DNA of 55,154 nucleotides from a virus (lineage: Duplodnaviria > Caudoviricetes): positions 1 to 55,154 of the IMG/VR virus record IMGVR_UViG_3300044714_000251; one strand, 5' to 3'. Positions 9,001 to 18,416 of the stretch are shown here, in pieces. How positions within the stretch are numbered: position 1 is the stretch's first letter; every line of letters begins with the position of its first letter. A program made the translations under genes and the position numbers. Below the pieces are notes generated by a model. It was not told the DNA's origin. It saw only the letters and a program-made list of their open reading frames with translations, and did not search any database.

Positions 9001-9353
9001 CGTTTTACTCCCAAAAGAGCCAACGAAAACACTGGCTCATCCCGCCTTGAGCCCTCCGGCTTGTCCTCGAACGTCCAGTTCACGAGGTAAGCTTTCGGGG
9101 CATCTTGTCCCTGTAATTCCGGTACCACTGTACTTGCTTGCCTCCCAGACAGCTCGGGCACCCTTCCGACCCTCCTCCGGGAGACCGCCACGCTGCTCCT
9201 GGGCGCCTCTTTACGGGCTCCGTCGGTCACCGAGAGCCCCTTGGCCCGGATGTCCTTGCAGGCCGCTAAAGCGGCGCTGCGGGCCTCCTCCGTGCTCGCC
9301 CCGGCATCGGTCGCCAGGGCGATGAGCTGCTCGACGCGCCGGAGAGGGTCCAC
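8997..9353 (-). CDS. Hypothetical protein with DUF2786-like N-terminus
   Basis: RRVEQLIALATDAGASTEEARSAALAA. Confidence 0.5.
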   Translation of the reverse strand: MDPLRRVEQLIALATDAGASTEEARSAALAACKDIRAKGLSVTDGARKEAPRSSVAVSRRRVGRVPELSGRQASTVVPELQGQDAPKAYLVNWTFEDKPEGSRRDEPVFSLALLGVKR

Positions 9354-9365
9354 GGGACTCCGAGC

Positions 9366-9644
9366 TTAGCCTGCCTCAGGCACCACGCCGAGCTCTCTCT
9401 CGAGCTGCGCCACCCGGAGGGTCCCCTGCGTCACCGCGACCTTGGCTTCCTCGAGCTTCCGGCGCTCCTGGACGAGGTTTCCGTGGAGCATGTGCGAGGT
9501 GCAGAGATCCACCGACCTCGGGTCTTTGTTGCTGTTGCAGATCCGACACTTGTTCACGCGCTGAATCTCGGCAAGCTTCCGGTCTTCTCGCGCGCGGCGC
9601 ATCGCAATGGATTGAATCGGTCTCTGGGGAATGTGGCTGCTCAT
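9366..9644 (-). CDS. Small Zn-finger/coiled-coil protein
   Basis: CRIC...LCTSH; AGGA RBS. Confidence 0.5.
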   Translation of the reverse strand: MSSHIPQRPIQSIAMRRAREDRKLAEIQRVNKCRICNSNKDPRSVDLCTSHMLHGNLVQERRKLEEAKVAVTQGTLRVAQLERELGVVPEAG

Positions 9645-9652
9645 GAGATTCC

Positions 9653-10012
9653 TTAGGCTGCCGCCACGGGCGCGGCGAGCATCTTGGTGGCGCGATCCAC
9701 CGCCACGGCCCTCACCCACGAGGACAGGTGCTGCTGGTCTTGAGTCGCGGCGCGCGTGGCACGGAGAAAGTCGACTTTTTTCAAAAACCGCACGCTCACA
9801 GGCTCTCCGTCCCCTCCCGCGGTCTCGAAGCGGAGCGGCGAGAGGGTCGCGGCAAGATCGATCTGCGAGAGTCGGAACTGCACAGCCTCGCGAATCCAAA
9901 CGGTCACGATTTCTCCATCCTTCGCCGCAGCTTGACGCACAAGCGTCAAGTCGCGCCGTTTGAAGCGGATGCAAATCGGGTAGAGGGGCTTCTCATCCGT
10001 TTTTTTCTTCAC
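9653..10012 (-). CDS. Tandem ribbon-helix-helix DNA-binding protein (candidate regulator)
   Basis: Two similar units: ICIRFKRRDLTLVRQAAAKDGEIVTVWIREAV and VSVRFLKKVDFLRATRAATQDQQHLSSWVRAVA. Confidence 0.6.
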   Translation of the reverse strand: MKKKTDEKPLYPICIRFKRRDLTLVRQAAAKDGEIVTVWIREAVQFRLSQIDLAATLSPLRFETAGGDGEPVSVRFLKKVDFLRATRAATQDQQHLSSWVRAVAVDRATKMLAAPVAAA

Positions 10013-10274
10013 CCGAGGGAGGGTACGGTGATTTGGGCGGTATTGCAAGGGTCTCGCGTTTCGACAGGTGCGCGACCTTGGCGAGGCCATCGCGCAGGCG
10101 ATCGATTTCGTCGGCCTGACTCAGGATTCGAACCAACATGGCTCGGAGAAGTTTCGAGTATCGCAGGCCTAGGGCTGCCGGCCAGGACTCTCCATGTCTT
10201 CGGATTGCCACAATGAGCGTGAGATCATCCACGTCAAATTCGTACTTCCCATCCTCGAGCACGATCGTTCTCAT
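9993..10274 (-). CDS. Hypothetical protein
   Basis: 93-aa ORF preceded by TTGCAA-17-TATAAG (10311-10283). Confidence 0.55.
   Translation of the reverse strand: MRTIVLEDGKYEFDVDDLTLIVAIRRHGESWPAALGLRYSKLLRAMLVRILSQADEIDRLRDGLAKVAHLSKRETLAIPPKSPYPPSGEEKNG
10020..10048 (-). promoter_or_regulatory. sigma70-like promoter overlapping a motif-A site
   Basis: Minus strand TTGCAA-17-TACCCT-7nt-GTG(10012). Confidence 0.55.
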
Positions 10275-10329
10275 CGAGGACTCTTATACCCCGCTCGCGG
10301 ATGTATTGCAAGTGAGACGCCCCGAGACT

Positions 10330-10620
10330 CGAAAAGGGTGGCACAAGCACAACGTGTCACATGCGTTTTCCATTAACAAACAAACTGGGGGAGAAAGTTT
10401 TGTCTCCCCCACCCCCCCCCTTCTGCGTCCACAGACATCTATAACTCCTCCCCTCGCGTAATTAAGGAAACACATGTTCCAGGTTGTTCCACTATAATAA
10501 TTTCAATTACTTACAAAAATCCGGTGACAACCGTCACAACCGGCACAACGGAACAACCTAGGATCCGAGGTAAAGTGTTTGCGGGGAACAAAGCAAATGC
10601 GCGCGTGATCGTGGTGAACG
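10330..10620. other. Candidate replication origin
   Basis: Noncoding; AT-rich tract 10490-10520; ACAAC[CG] iterons at 10527, 10536, 10545, 10553; directly downstream of the primase-helicase gene. Confidence 0.55.
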
Positions 10621-10625
10621 AACGT

Positions 10626-13019
10626 TTACACTTTGATCCATCGTCGGACTCTGGCTCCGTGCTCTCGCTTCAAACCGAGCCTTTCGTAACTCAACCCTTT
10701 GAGAACACTAGCGATTCTCATCACATCAACTCTGGACACGCGTCCTGGCTCGATTCCGAGCGCCTTGGTCGCGATGTCCGTCGTGGTGACCCCATTTCGA
10801 GCGTCATAGACATTCCCGGCAATGTCGATGGGGTGCTCCAGCCACGTTGCGATGGTGTGGGTCCATGGCTCCTCGTGAACCCGTTCGGTCTGCTCCTCTT
10901 CGCAAAGAGCTCGAAGCTCGACCGTATCCACGTGCCAGGCCTCTCCGGCCTTCACGCGGTAATAGGCCTCGGCCCAAAGCTGATCTCGAATTGCAGCAAG
11001 CCGGTCGGCTTCGATCGCGCGTACAATCTTCACGGGCCAAAACCGACGGTTACCTGAGGTGTCGAGAAGCCACTCCTCCTCGTTCGTGCTTCCCGCAAAA
11101 ACACACTGGCGCCAGTAGTCGCGGCATCTCCTCCCGAAGCTGTCCCGGTAGTAGTCCTTCGGAGATGTAAGGAACGATTTGACCTTCGAGATCTCCTTCC
11201 CTCGCAGGGCGTCGAGCTCGTCGAGGAAGATGATCCACTTTCCACGCAAGGATTGGAGGCCGTCCTTGCTCCCGATGTCGATGCGGGTCTCGCTCACCCA
11301 GAGGGGGTTCGGGACCAAGGCTCGAATCGCTCGGTTTTTTCCGAGGCCTTGAGCGCCTTCGAAGACGAGAGTGCAGTCGACTTGCGCGCCGGGCCAGATC
11401 ACACGCGCGACCGCAGACTTGAACCAGCGAGACCCGACAGCTCGCGTGTAGGGCGTGTCCTCCGCTCCGAAATACCAGGAGAGCGCCCCCTCGAGACGCG
11501 GGGTCTCGTCCCAGACGACACCCTCCAGATATTCAAGGACCGGATGGAACCGACGGCGTTCGGACGCAACCCCGATGACGCGATCCATATCCATCGATCG
11601 AAACCCCATGCCGTAGGCGCGCTCGAACCAGGAGACGAGGCGCGTCACGTCTGCATCCGTCCAGTCTCCGACGCTCGCCCCGGCAAGGTCACTCGGATGC
11701 CAGGGAGGCATTTTCAAAATGACTTCGGTCTCCTTGAAGTCGTCTCGAGCAAGGATCCCCGTCCACCTTGCATCGTGGGCGAGGATCGTGAGTGCGTTGG
11801 CGATGCAGCTTTTCGGGGTGAACCAGGTCTCCTTGTCTTCGCCGCGCCCTGCAGATCGTTGCTCCCACAAAAGCTCGCTCATCCAGGGTTCGGGAAGGAC
11901 CTGAAGGTTGGTGATTCGCGGAAGAGCATCGGCGCCCTCAAACCGTCGGGGGGGAACCGAGGTCGGCGCCGCAGGCAGATTGCCTGTGGTTGGTTCCGAC
12001 GGCGGCACACTCGCAACGCCCCCTCCCCCGTCGATGACGCGAAGGTAAGAAGGGATGTGGGTTGCGTCTTCTTTTTCGATCCACTTCTCTGCGTTCTTGA
12101 CTGTCTGATCGACCTCTTTGCGCGGGAGCCCCGCCGCGAGAGCGGCTCGCGTGAGTGTGTCGATGACGAAGTACTTGCCTGCCGGATACTCGCGCTCCAC
12201 CCCGCGCGCCGTCGAGAGGCAGCTGCACAGCTCGTGAAGAAGAGTCTGGTTGCGAAGGCCCTCGCCGCATCCAGCCACGAGGGCGGCGCGATCCTGAAGC
12301 TTGATCTCGAGATAGGACTGCGCTTTTTTCTGGTCACGACCCGTGACCTTCTCTTCTCTCTTCTTGAACGTCCACGCGGGTCTTGGTTCAGGCGTTTCAG
12401 AGGTGAGCGCAAGGATCCATGCGGGTGGCAAATGGGCGATTGGACCGGTCGAGGTCCACTTGTAGACGGTGCCGTTGGAGTGAATCGATGGCGGAGTAAC
12501 GACTTGGCCACCCTTGACCTTGATGTCGACACCTTTGGTCTTTCCAAGACCCGTGATGTTTCGAAAACGATCGACCTCGATTCCTGGAGGAACCACGAAG
12601 AGAAGTTTCTTTCCCCGCTTGCTCTCGCTGGCCGCAGTGGGGGGAAGCGCGCCGTACTCCGCCTGGAGTTCCTTGAATCGATCGGCATCGTCGACGTCGA
12701 TAGCGACGAGGTAGTACCCGGATGGTTGGAGTCCGAGAATGATTCCGATGTTGGGGGTGAATCTTTTCGCGGAGAACGCGTTGCGAAACTGTTCCTCGTC
12801 GACGAGTGGACGCGCTTGCCACGCTGTATCGATCGGATGCTTGCCGACCGACTCGCAGCTGACGTTTCGGCACGAGCAGCCGCCCTTTAGGACCGGGGCA
12901 TGAACCAGAGTCAGCTGGAGTCCCGCCGAGATGAGCGAGAGGGCCTGGTCTGTGAGCGATTTTTTGGGATCTACTTCGGGGACAAATGGCCCGATGGGCG
13001 ACGGCTCGCCTCCCATCAT
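10626..13019 (-). CDS. Bifunctional prim-pol fused to a VapE/VirE-type helicase
   Basis: CSC..C...GKHP, NIGI, AIDVD, GGQVVTPPSIH; Walker A GAQGLGKN, Walker B IIFLDE, FAGSTN, GNRRFWPV; GGAGG before ATG 13019 (ORF open to 13211). Confidence 0.9.
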   Translation of the reverse strand: MMGGEPSPIGPFVPEVDPKKSLTDQALSLISAGLQLTLVHAPVLKGGCSCRNVSCESVGKHPIDTAWQARPLVDEEQFRNAFSAKRFTPNIGIILGLQPSGYYLVAIDVDDADRFKELQAEYGALPPTAASESKRGKKLLFVVPPGIEVDRFRNITGLGKTKGVDIKVKGGQVVTPPSIHSNGTVYKWTSTGPIAHLPPAWILALTSETPEPRPAWTFKKREEKVTGRDQKKAQSYLEIKLQDRAALVAGCGEGLRNQTLLHELCSCLSTARGVEREYPAGKYFVIDTLTRAALAAGLPRKEVDQTVKNAEKWIEKEDATHIPSYLRVIDGGGGVASVPPSEPTTGNLPAAPTSVPPRRFEGADALPRITNLQVLPEPWMSELLWEQRSAGRGEDKETWFTPKSCIANALTILAHDARWTGILARDDFKETEVILKMPPWHPSDLAGASVGDWTDADVTRLVSWFERAYGMGFRSMDMDRVIGVASERRRFHPVLEYLEGVVWDETPRLEGALSWYFGAEDTPYTRAVGSRWFKSAVARVIWPGAQVDCTLVFEGAQGLGKNRAIRALVPNPLWVSETRIDIGSKDGLQSLRGKWIIFLDELDALRGKEISKVKSFLTSPKDYYRDSFGRRCRDYWRQCVFAGSTNEEEWLLDTSGNRRFWPVKIVRAIEADRLAAIRDQLWAEAYYRVKAGEAWHVDTVELRALCEEEQTERVHEEPWTHTIATWLEHPIDIAGNVYDARNGVTTTDIATKALGIEPGRVSRVDVMRIASVLKGLSYERLGLKREHGARVRRWIKV

Positions 13020-13376
13020 CAGCGACCCCTCCACTGAACTCGGTAGGTGTTGGCGATACCTCGCCGAAAGTTTTTCTTTTTCATCTCTAGCCGGCCTCAC
13101 GGCTTCGTCCTCCGAAGAGGGCCACCGAAGCCCGAGGTGAGGCCCACGACCTCGGTGCCCGCTTCGGAGGACGAAGCGGAAAGTCTTGTCAAGCTCTGCC
13201 GAAAATCTCAAGCCTGAATTTTTCTTCTGCGCTCAGGCGTCCGGAACGACTCACGAAAAATCGACGACGCTCGAGGTCTTGAGAAAAGCCTCTTGCGCAT
13301 CGCGTGATTCTCGTTGTATTGCAAGCATGTCGTCGTTGGTTTTCGGGTGTCGCGTGGCGGCCATAGGAGAAGTGCG

Positions 13377-14273
13377 TTGAGCCTTCGTGCAGGCGTTGAG
13401 GTCGTGTCGAACTCGGAAATCTCTGTTTTTCAGAGGTGTCCGCGAGAGCACTATTTCGTCTACGGACTGCGCCGAACGCGAAAAAACTTTGCGCGTGAGG
13501 CGTTGACGCGCGGGACGGGCATTCACAAGGCAACCGGTCAGCACGAACGCAGAGAGACGGTCGACTACGCAGAGCTTCGCGTCGAGGACCGGGCCCTTGT
13601 CCGAGGCTACGTGGCTTACTGGACGGGTCCGGACGGCAAAGACCGGATGCTGGACGTAACCAAGACCGACGTTCCGTTCCAGATCACGATAGGGGGCGTT
13701 CAGGTGGTCGGAGAGTTCGATGGGGTGGGTGTCCGTCGCGACACGGGTAAGCATGTCATCGTGGAGCGAAAGTCCTCCTCCGAGGACATCTCGCCCGGGA
13801 GCCCGTACTGGCAGAAGGTGTCGCTCGTCGATCGGCAGGTCTCGCTCTACCTCATCGCCGCCAAACAGAAGGGATGGGATCTCACCGAGGTGCTCTACGA
13901 CGTCCTCAAAAAACCCCGGCAGAAGAAACGAAAGGACGAGAGCGACGAGGACTTCGAACTCCGGCTCCTCGAAGACATTGCCAAAAGCCCCGGCGCGTAC
14001 TTTGTTCGGGGGGCTCTTGTCCGGCTGGAGCACGAGCACGTGGCCCACGCCAAGGATCTCGAGGGGACCGTGCATTTAATGCAGGCGGCCCGAGAGATGG
14101 GTCCGAACGTGCCGAGAAACGTGGATTCTTGTTTCAAGTTCGGTCGTCCCTGCGAGTTCGTGATCGTGTGCGGCGGAGGGGCCGACGTGATGGACGACAT
14201 GCTTTTCGAGCCCAAGAAGTCGAGCCGCACACGGGAGAATCCTCCCGTTGAAGAGAGGAGGTTCGTATTTTGA
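13377..14273 (+). CDS. PD-(D/E)XK exonuclease (RecB/Cas4-like)
   Basis: SNSEISVFQRCPR, RGTGIH, GEFDGV, IVERKS, QVSLY, terminal C..FG..CEF..VC; AGGAG RBS. Confidence 0.85.
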   Translation: MSLRAGVEVVSNSEISVFQRCPREHYFVYGLRRTRKNFAREALTRGTGIHKATGQHERRETVDYAELRVEDRALVRGYVAYWTGPDGKDRMLDVTKTDVPFQITIGGVQVVGEFDGVGVRRDTGKHVIVERKSSSEDISPGSPYWQKVSLVDRQVSLYLIAAKQKGWDLTEVLYDVLKKPRQKKRKDESDEDFELRLLEDIAKSPGAYFVRGALVRLEHEHVAHAKDLEGTVHLMQAAREMGPNVPRNVDSCFKFGRPCEFVIVCGGGADVMDDMLFEPKKSSRTRENPPVEERRFVF

Positions 14274-14287
14274 AAACGGAGGTAGCC

Positions 14288-15382
14288 ATGAACTGGACCG
14301 ATCGGGTGGTGAAAGCGGGGACGCAGCAAGTGCTTCAGCCCCGCCTTTTCGTGTACGGGATCGCGGGGATCGGGAAGAGCACCTTCGGCGCAAGGCTTCC
14401 GTCTCCGCTCTTCGTGGACTTCGACCACGGCGTGGACGACGTGCATGTCGACCGCATTCCTGGACCGAAGACGTGGACCGAGTCGATGGACTTGATTCGA
14501 TCGATCGCGTCGAACCCTGGAGCTTACAAGTCTTTGGTGATCGACACGGTCGACCCTCTTGAGGAGATGGCGCAGGACTACGTCGCGCAGGAGGCGGGCA
14601 AATCGTTCTCGAAAATGAACGACGAGTTTGGTGCAGGTCACATTGCCGTGGGATCGGCATGGAAGCTCTTCCTTGCGGAGCTCGACATCGCCCGACAGAA
14701 CGGGATGCTCATCTGTCTCCTCGGTCACGCGAGGGTGCGTCAAGCCATGGATCCCACGCTTGGGTCGTTTGACCAGTTCACCTCCATGCTTGGAGGTCGC
14801 AGTTGGGCTGCGACTCAGAGGTGGAGCGATCTGGTGGGGTTCGCTTCCTGGGACGCCGCTCTCCTCGACAAGAAGGGAGAGCAGAGAATCGTGGTCACCG
14901 GAAAGCGGATCCTGTCCACGGTCCGAGGCTCAGGCTTCGAAGGGAAGAATCGCTACAGCCTCGAACCCAAGCTGCCTCTGGAGTGGCCGGCCCTTCTCGA
15001 GGGCATCGAGAAGCATCGCCGGACAGCGGAGGCCGTCGAAGGCCGCATTGCGTTGCTCGCGGCGTCTCTCGGAGGAGACGCGCTCGAGAAAGCGCAGAGG
15101 TTCGTCAAGGAAGCGGCGAAGGACTTGAACACACTTACGGCGATCGAGGCGGCTCTCCAAGAGAAACTGGATGCAAAACCCTCCGTAGAAGCCGTCCCGC
15201 TCGAGCCGCTCGACCAGAGGCAGGCGATTCGATCACGCATCACTGAGCTTGCGTCGAAGGTGGGCGGAGAGGCGCCGGCGAAAGCTGCGGGGTACATGGA
15301 AAATGCCGGGGAGGATCTCGTCGTTCTTCTCCAAATCGAAGAAGCGTTGAAACAAAAGGCCAATGGAGGCGCACATGTCTGA
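14288..15382 (+). CDS. AAA_24 / Sak4-like ATPase (phage recombination)
   Basis: YGIAGIGKST, LVIDTVD, LLGH, GKNRY. Confidence 0.85.
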   Translation: MNWTDRVVKAGTQQVLQPRLFVYGIAGIGKSTFGARLPSPLFVDFDHGVDDVHVDRIPGPKTWTESMDLIRSIASNPGAYKSLVIDTVDPLEEMAQDYVAQEAGKSFSKMNDEFGAGHIAVGSAWKLFLAELDIARQNGMLICLLGHARVRQAMDPTLGSFDQFTSMLGGRSWAATQRWSDLVGFASWDAALLDKKGEQRIVVTGKRILSTVRGSGFEGKNRYSLEPKLPLEWPALLEGIEKHRRTAEAVEGRIALLAASLGGDALEKAQRFVKEAAKDLNTLTAIEAALQEKLDAKPSVEAVPLEPLDQRQAIRSRITELASKVGGEAPAKAAGYMENAGEDLVVLLQIEEALKQKANGGAHV

Positions 15383-15893
15383 GGATCTCATTCCCGTCGG
15401 TTCGTACATGGCTCGCGGCACGTCGCTTGTGGAGCGAGGCTCGGGGACAGGAAACAAGGGAGCGGTCGTGGAGTTTGCGATCACGGAGGGCCCCCAGGAG
15501 GGTCGGACCATTGAATGGACGGGATGGCTTGGGGAGAAGACCCGGGAGCGCACGGCCGAAAGCCTGGCTATTTGCGGGTATGACGGAACCGACCCCAGAA
15601 CCGTGTCCAAGAACCTCGTGCAGATCGTGATCGATCACGAAACCAACGTGAGCGAGAAGAACGGCAAGACCTATGTGAACGCTCGCGTAAAGTGGGTCAA
15701 CGACCCAGCTCGAAGCCGAGCGCAATTCGAACCCACCGACGGCCAAGCGCTTGCAGGGCTTCGTGGCCTCGTTCTCCAGAAGCACGCCGAGCGTGCGAAG
15801 ACGGCGCTCTCAGAACGAGACCCTCTTGGCGAAGAAGCTGCCCGCCGAGCCAAGCAGGCTCCGAACGCTCCGGACTTCAAAGCGAAATTCTGA
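15375..15893 (+). CDS. DUF669-like single-stranded DNA-binding protein
   Basis: LIPVGSY...VEFAITEGPQEGRTI...NGKTYVNARV; position after the AAA ATPase. Confidence 0.6.
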   Translation: MSEDLIPVGSYMARGTSLVERGSGTGNKGAVVEFAITEGPQEGRTIEWTGWLGEKTRERTAESLAICGYDGTDPRTVSKNLVQIVIDHETNVSEKNGKTYVNARVKWVNDPARSRAQFEPTDGQALAGLRGLVLQKHAERAKTALSERDPLGEEAARRAKQAPNAPDFKAKF

Positions 15894-16114
15894 TGGGGGC
15901 ACCAAGAACAAACCCGGGGGCCTTCGACTGCTTACACGAAAGCCGAGCCGGACGAGCCGACGTTCATCTTGCTCGCGCGAGACAAAGGGGGCTCCGGCAC
16001 TGGTACGGCAGTGGGCTATTGGTAGAGTCTCGGCGGGAGAGGACGCGGCCAAGGTCCTGGAAGCCATGGGACTGCGCCGCAGCCATGGAGAAGTGGCGGA
16101 AGGAAAATCGTTGA
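15893..16114 (+). pseudogene. Frameshifted small phage protein (NPGAFDCY..AEPDEP.FILLARD type)
   Basis: A coherent protein is restored by removing six single bases from homopolymer runs. Confidence 0.55.
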
Positions 16115-16407
16115 AGCGCCGCGCTGTCAACCACCACTGCCATGCACTTGGGTGCAAGACGCCTTGCCCCCCAAAGTGGCTCATGTGCTCTCCGTGCTGG
16201 GCGAAGGTCCCCGCCGACATACAGGCCGAGGTCTATCGTACGGTCGCGCTTCGAGGTCCCTACGTAGATCGTTCGTGGGCGCCGTGGTGGCGGGCGCAGG
16301 CGAGGGCGATAGCTCACGTCGCCCATCTTCGAGAACCGAACGAAGAGCGGCGCGACGATTACCTCGCTAGAGAACTCGCGTTCGCCGACATGCTGGAATC
16401 GCGATGA
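16111..16407 (+). CDS. Cys/His-rich hypothetical protein
   Basis: HHCHALGC...LMCSPCWAKVP. Confidence 0.6.
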   Translation: MKRRAVNHHCHALGCKTPCPPKWLMCSPCWAKVPADIQAEVYRTVALRGPYVDRSWAPWWRAQARAIAHVAHLREPNEERRDDYLARELAFADMLESR

Positions 16408-17900
16408 TCGAGCTCCGCCCCTACCAGCGTCGAGGAGTCGAGGCCGCTCGAGCGCACGTCGTAGCAGGTCGGAACCGGATTGTTCTTTGTCTTCCGACGG
16501 GTGGTGGGAAGACGGTGGTGGCAGCGTCGATCATCCAGTCGGCGAGACGGAATTTTGATGCCAAGGTTTTATTTGTCGCCCACCGCAAGGAGATTTTGGA
16601 TCAGACCGTGGCGCAGCTCGCCAAATGGGGCGTGACCGAGGTGGGTGTGATCAGGGCAGACGACGCTCGAACCAACCGACTCCTTCCCGTGCAAGTGGCG
16701 TCCATCCAAAGTCTGGGTCGACGATCGGCTCCACCCGCGGACATCGTTTTTATTGATGAAGCTCACAGGGGAATTTCCCAATCCTATGTAAAGCTCATCG
16801 ATCTCTACCCGAAGGCGACCATTCTCGGGCTAACGGCCACGCCATGTCGAGCGGACGGGAAATCTCTTGGAGACGTGTTCCAGGAAATGGAGATCATTGC
16901 CACCTACGGCGATCTCATCGAAGACGGATTCATCGTGGCGCCGAGATGTTTTGGTGGTGCGAACGCCCCCGACTTGAGCAACGTGCACACGGTTGCCGGA
17001 GATTACGTACTCAATGAGCTCGAGGACGAGATGATGAAGGTGGACGTCCTGGGAGACGTCTTGTCGGAGTATCAGGCCCGAGCGGAGGGTCGGAGGACGC
17101 TCATCTTCGCAACGACGGTCAAGCACTCCAAGGCTATCGAAGAGCAATTTTTGAAGGCTGGAGTCCGAATCGCGCACGTGGACGGAGAGACGCCCCAGTG
17201 CGAACGCGACGTCGTCGGACAGAGACTCCGGGACGGCGATCTCGATGTCGTAGTGAATTGTTCCGTGTACGGAGAAGGATGGGATGAGCCTTCCGTGAAA
17301 TGCGTCATGTTGGCGCGTCCGACCAAGAGTCTGACGCTCTTCATGCAAATGTGCGGACGAGGTCTTCGACCCTGGAACAACGTGACTCCCGTTCTCCTCG
17401 ACTTGGGCGGGAACCTCGACCGCCATGGCTTCCCGCACGAGGACCGCGCTTGGTCTCTTTCGGTGGGTGTTCAAAAGCCTGCAAGAAAGCACACCAAGTG
17501 CATCGTTTGCCGCGCCTTCATCCGCCACTACCCGTGTCCCGAGTGTGGTCACGCCCCTCCAGTGACCCCCAAAGAGGTCCGTGTGGCTTCGGATGTTCAG
17601 CTCGAAGAGAAGACCTTCATCGATCCGCGGCTCGTTTTTTTCAACCGGCAGATCGAAGTCGCCCGAGGGAGAGGATACAAGCCTGGGTACGCGGGGGCCA
17701 AGTTCAAGGAGGAATTCGGGCAATGGCCGCCGTGGTCGTGGAGCCAAAGAGCGAAAGACGTATTCGCCTCCGATTCGGATTGGAGAGCGAGAAACATCGC
17801 GCATGAGGCCGACCGAGCGCGATGGAAGAAGCACAACGTCGAGGAGACCCAGGAGACGTCCTACGAGTCGGACGATGACTTTCTGGAGTTCCTCCGATGA
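16404..17900 (+). CDS. Superfamily 2 (DEAH) helicase with C-terminal Zn ribbon
   Basis: LRPYQ, PTGGGKT, DEAH, GLTATP, EGWD, QMCGRGLR, CIVC..CPECG. Confidence 0.93.
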   Translation: MIELRPYQRRGVEAARAHVVAGRNRIVLCLPTGGGKTVVAASIIQSARRNFDAKVLFVAHRKEILDQTVAQLAKWGVTEVGVIRADDARTNRLLPVQVASIQSLGRRSAPPADIVFIDEAHRGISQSYVKLIDLYPKATILGLTATPCRADGKSLGDVFQEMEIIATYGDLIEDGFIVAPRCFGGANAPDLSNVHTVAGDYVLNELEDEMMKVDVLGDVLSEYQARAEGRRTLIFATTVKHSKAIEEQFLKAGVRIAHVDGETPQCERDVVGQRLRDGDLDVVVNCSVYGEGWDEPSVKCVMLARPTKSLTLFMQMCGRGLRPWNNVTPVLLDLGGNLDRHGFPHEDRAWSLSVGVQKPARKHTKCIVCRAFIRHYPCPECGHAPPVTPKEVRVASDVQLEEKTFIDPRLVFFNRQIEVARGRGYKPGYAGAKFKEEFGQWPPWSWSQRAKDVFASDSDWRARNIAHEADRARWKKHNVEETQETSYESDDDFLEFLR

Positions 17901-18139
17901 TGTTCGAGTGTGAGCCGTGTCGTGGGCGGGGATGGATTCTAACCGGAACCAACCGTGTCGAGTGGCCAACCCCGTGCCCTAGCTGCACTGGATACGGGCG
18001 GCTTACCATCAAGAATCTTGCTCATCTCATCCAGGAAGACCCGTTCACGCTTCGGCGTCTTTTGGAGATGAGGAGGACGCGCTTCTCTTGTGCGGAACGA
18101 ATCTTCGGGAAGCTGGTTGCAAGGTGGCCGAATGCCTAG
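17897..18139 (+). CDS. Small Zn-finger protein, possible HTH tail
   Basis: CEPCRGRG and CPSCTGYG repeats. Confidence 0.55.
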   Translation: MMFECEPCRGRGWILTGTNRVEWPTPCPSCTGYGRLTIKNLAHLIQEDPFTLRRLLEMRRTRFSCAERIFGKLVARWPNA

Positions 18140-18416
18140 TCCCGGGCCCATGGCGAAGGCCTTGTACGCCAAGTTCTACGCTCGTTTTGGTCACTGGGGG
18201 GATCTCGGGCTCATTCTAGGGGCAGACCCCATCCCCGCCGATCTCGAAAAGAACGCCAGGCGACTCCGAGGGGTGTTCTTGACCGAGCAAGAACGTCAGG
18301 AGTTCGTCGAGAAGGTTCGGGAGCAGCATTCGCCAAAGAAGAAGACGACCCTCACGTGGGTCAACGAACACGGCGAGACGGTAGCGATCGAGGGGTACAT
18401 GGAGGAGGAGAGATGA
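18132..18416 (+). CDS. Hypothetical protein
   Basis: Coupled ORF within the operon. Confidence 0.5.
   Translation: MPSPGPMAKALYAKFYARFGHWGDLGLILGADPIPADLEKNARRLRGVFLTEQERQEFVEKVREQHSPKKKTTLTWVNEHGETVAIEGYMEEER

Noticed and set aside
11253-12890. 545-aa plus-strand ORF
   Set aside because: Antisense shadow of the primase-helicase gene; no motifs
13377-14273. Cas4 of a CRISPR system
   Set aside because: No array or other cas genes; standard phage recombination exonuclease context
14288-15382. AAA ATPase as the packaging ATPase
   Set aside because: Motifs and the nuclease-ATPase-SSB context fit an AAA_24/Sak4-like recombination protein
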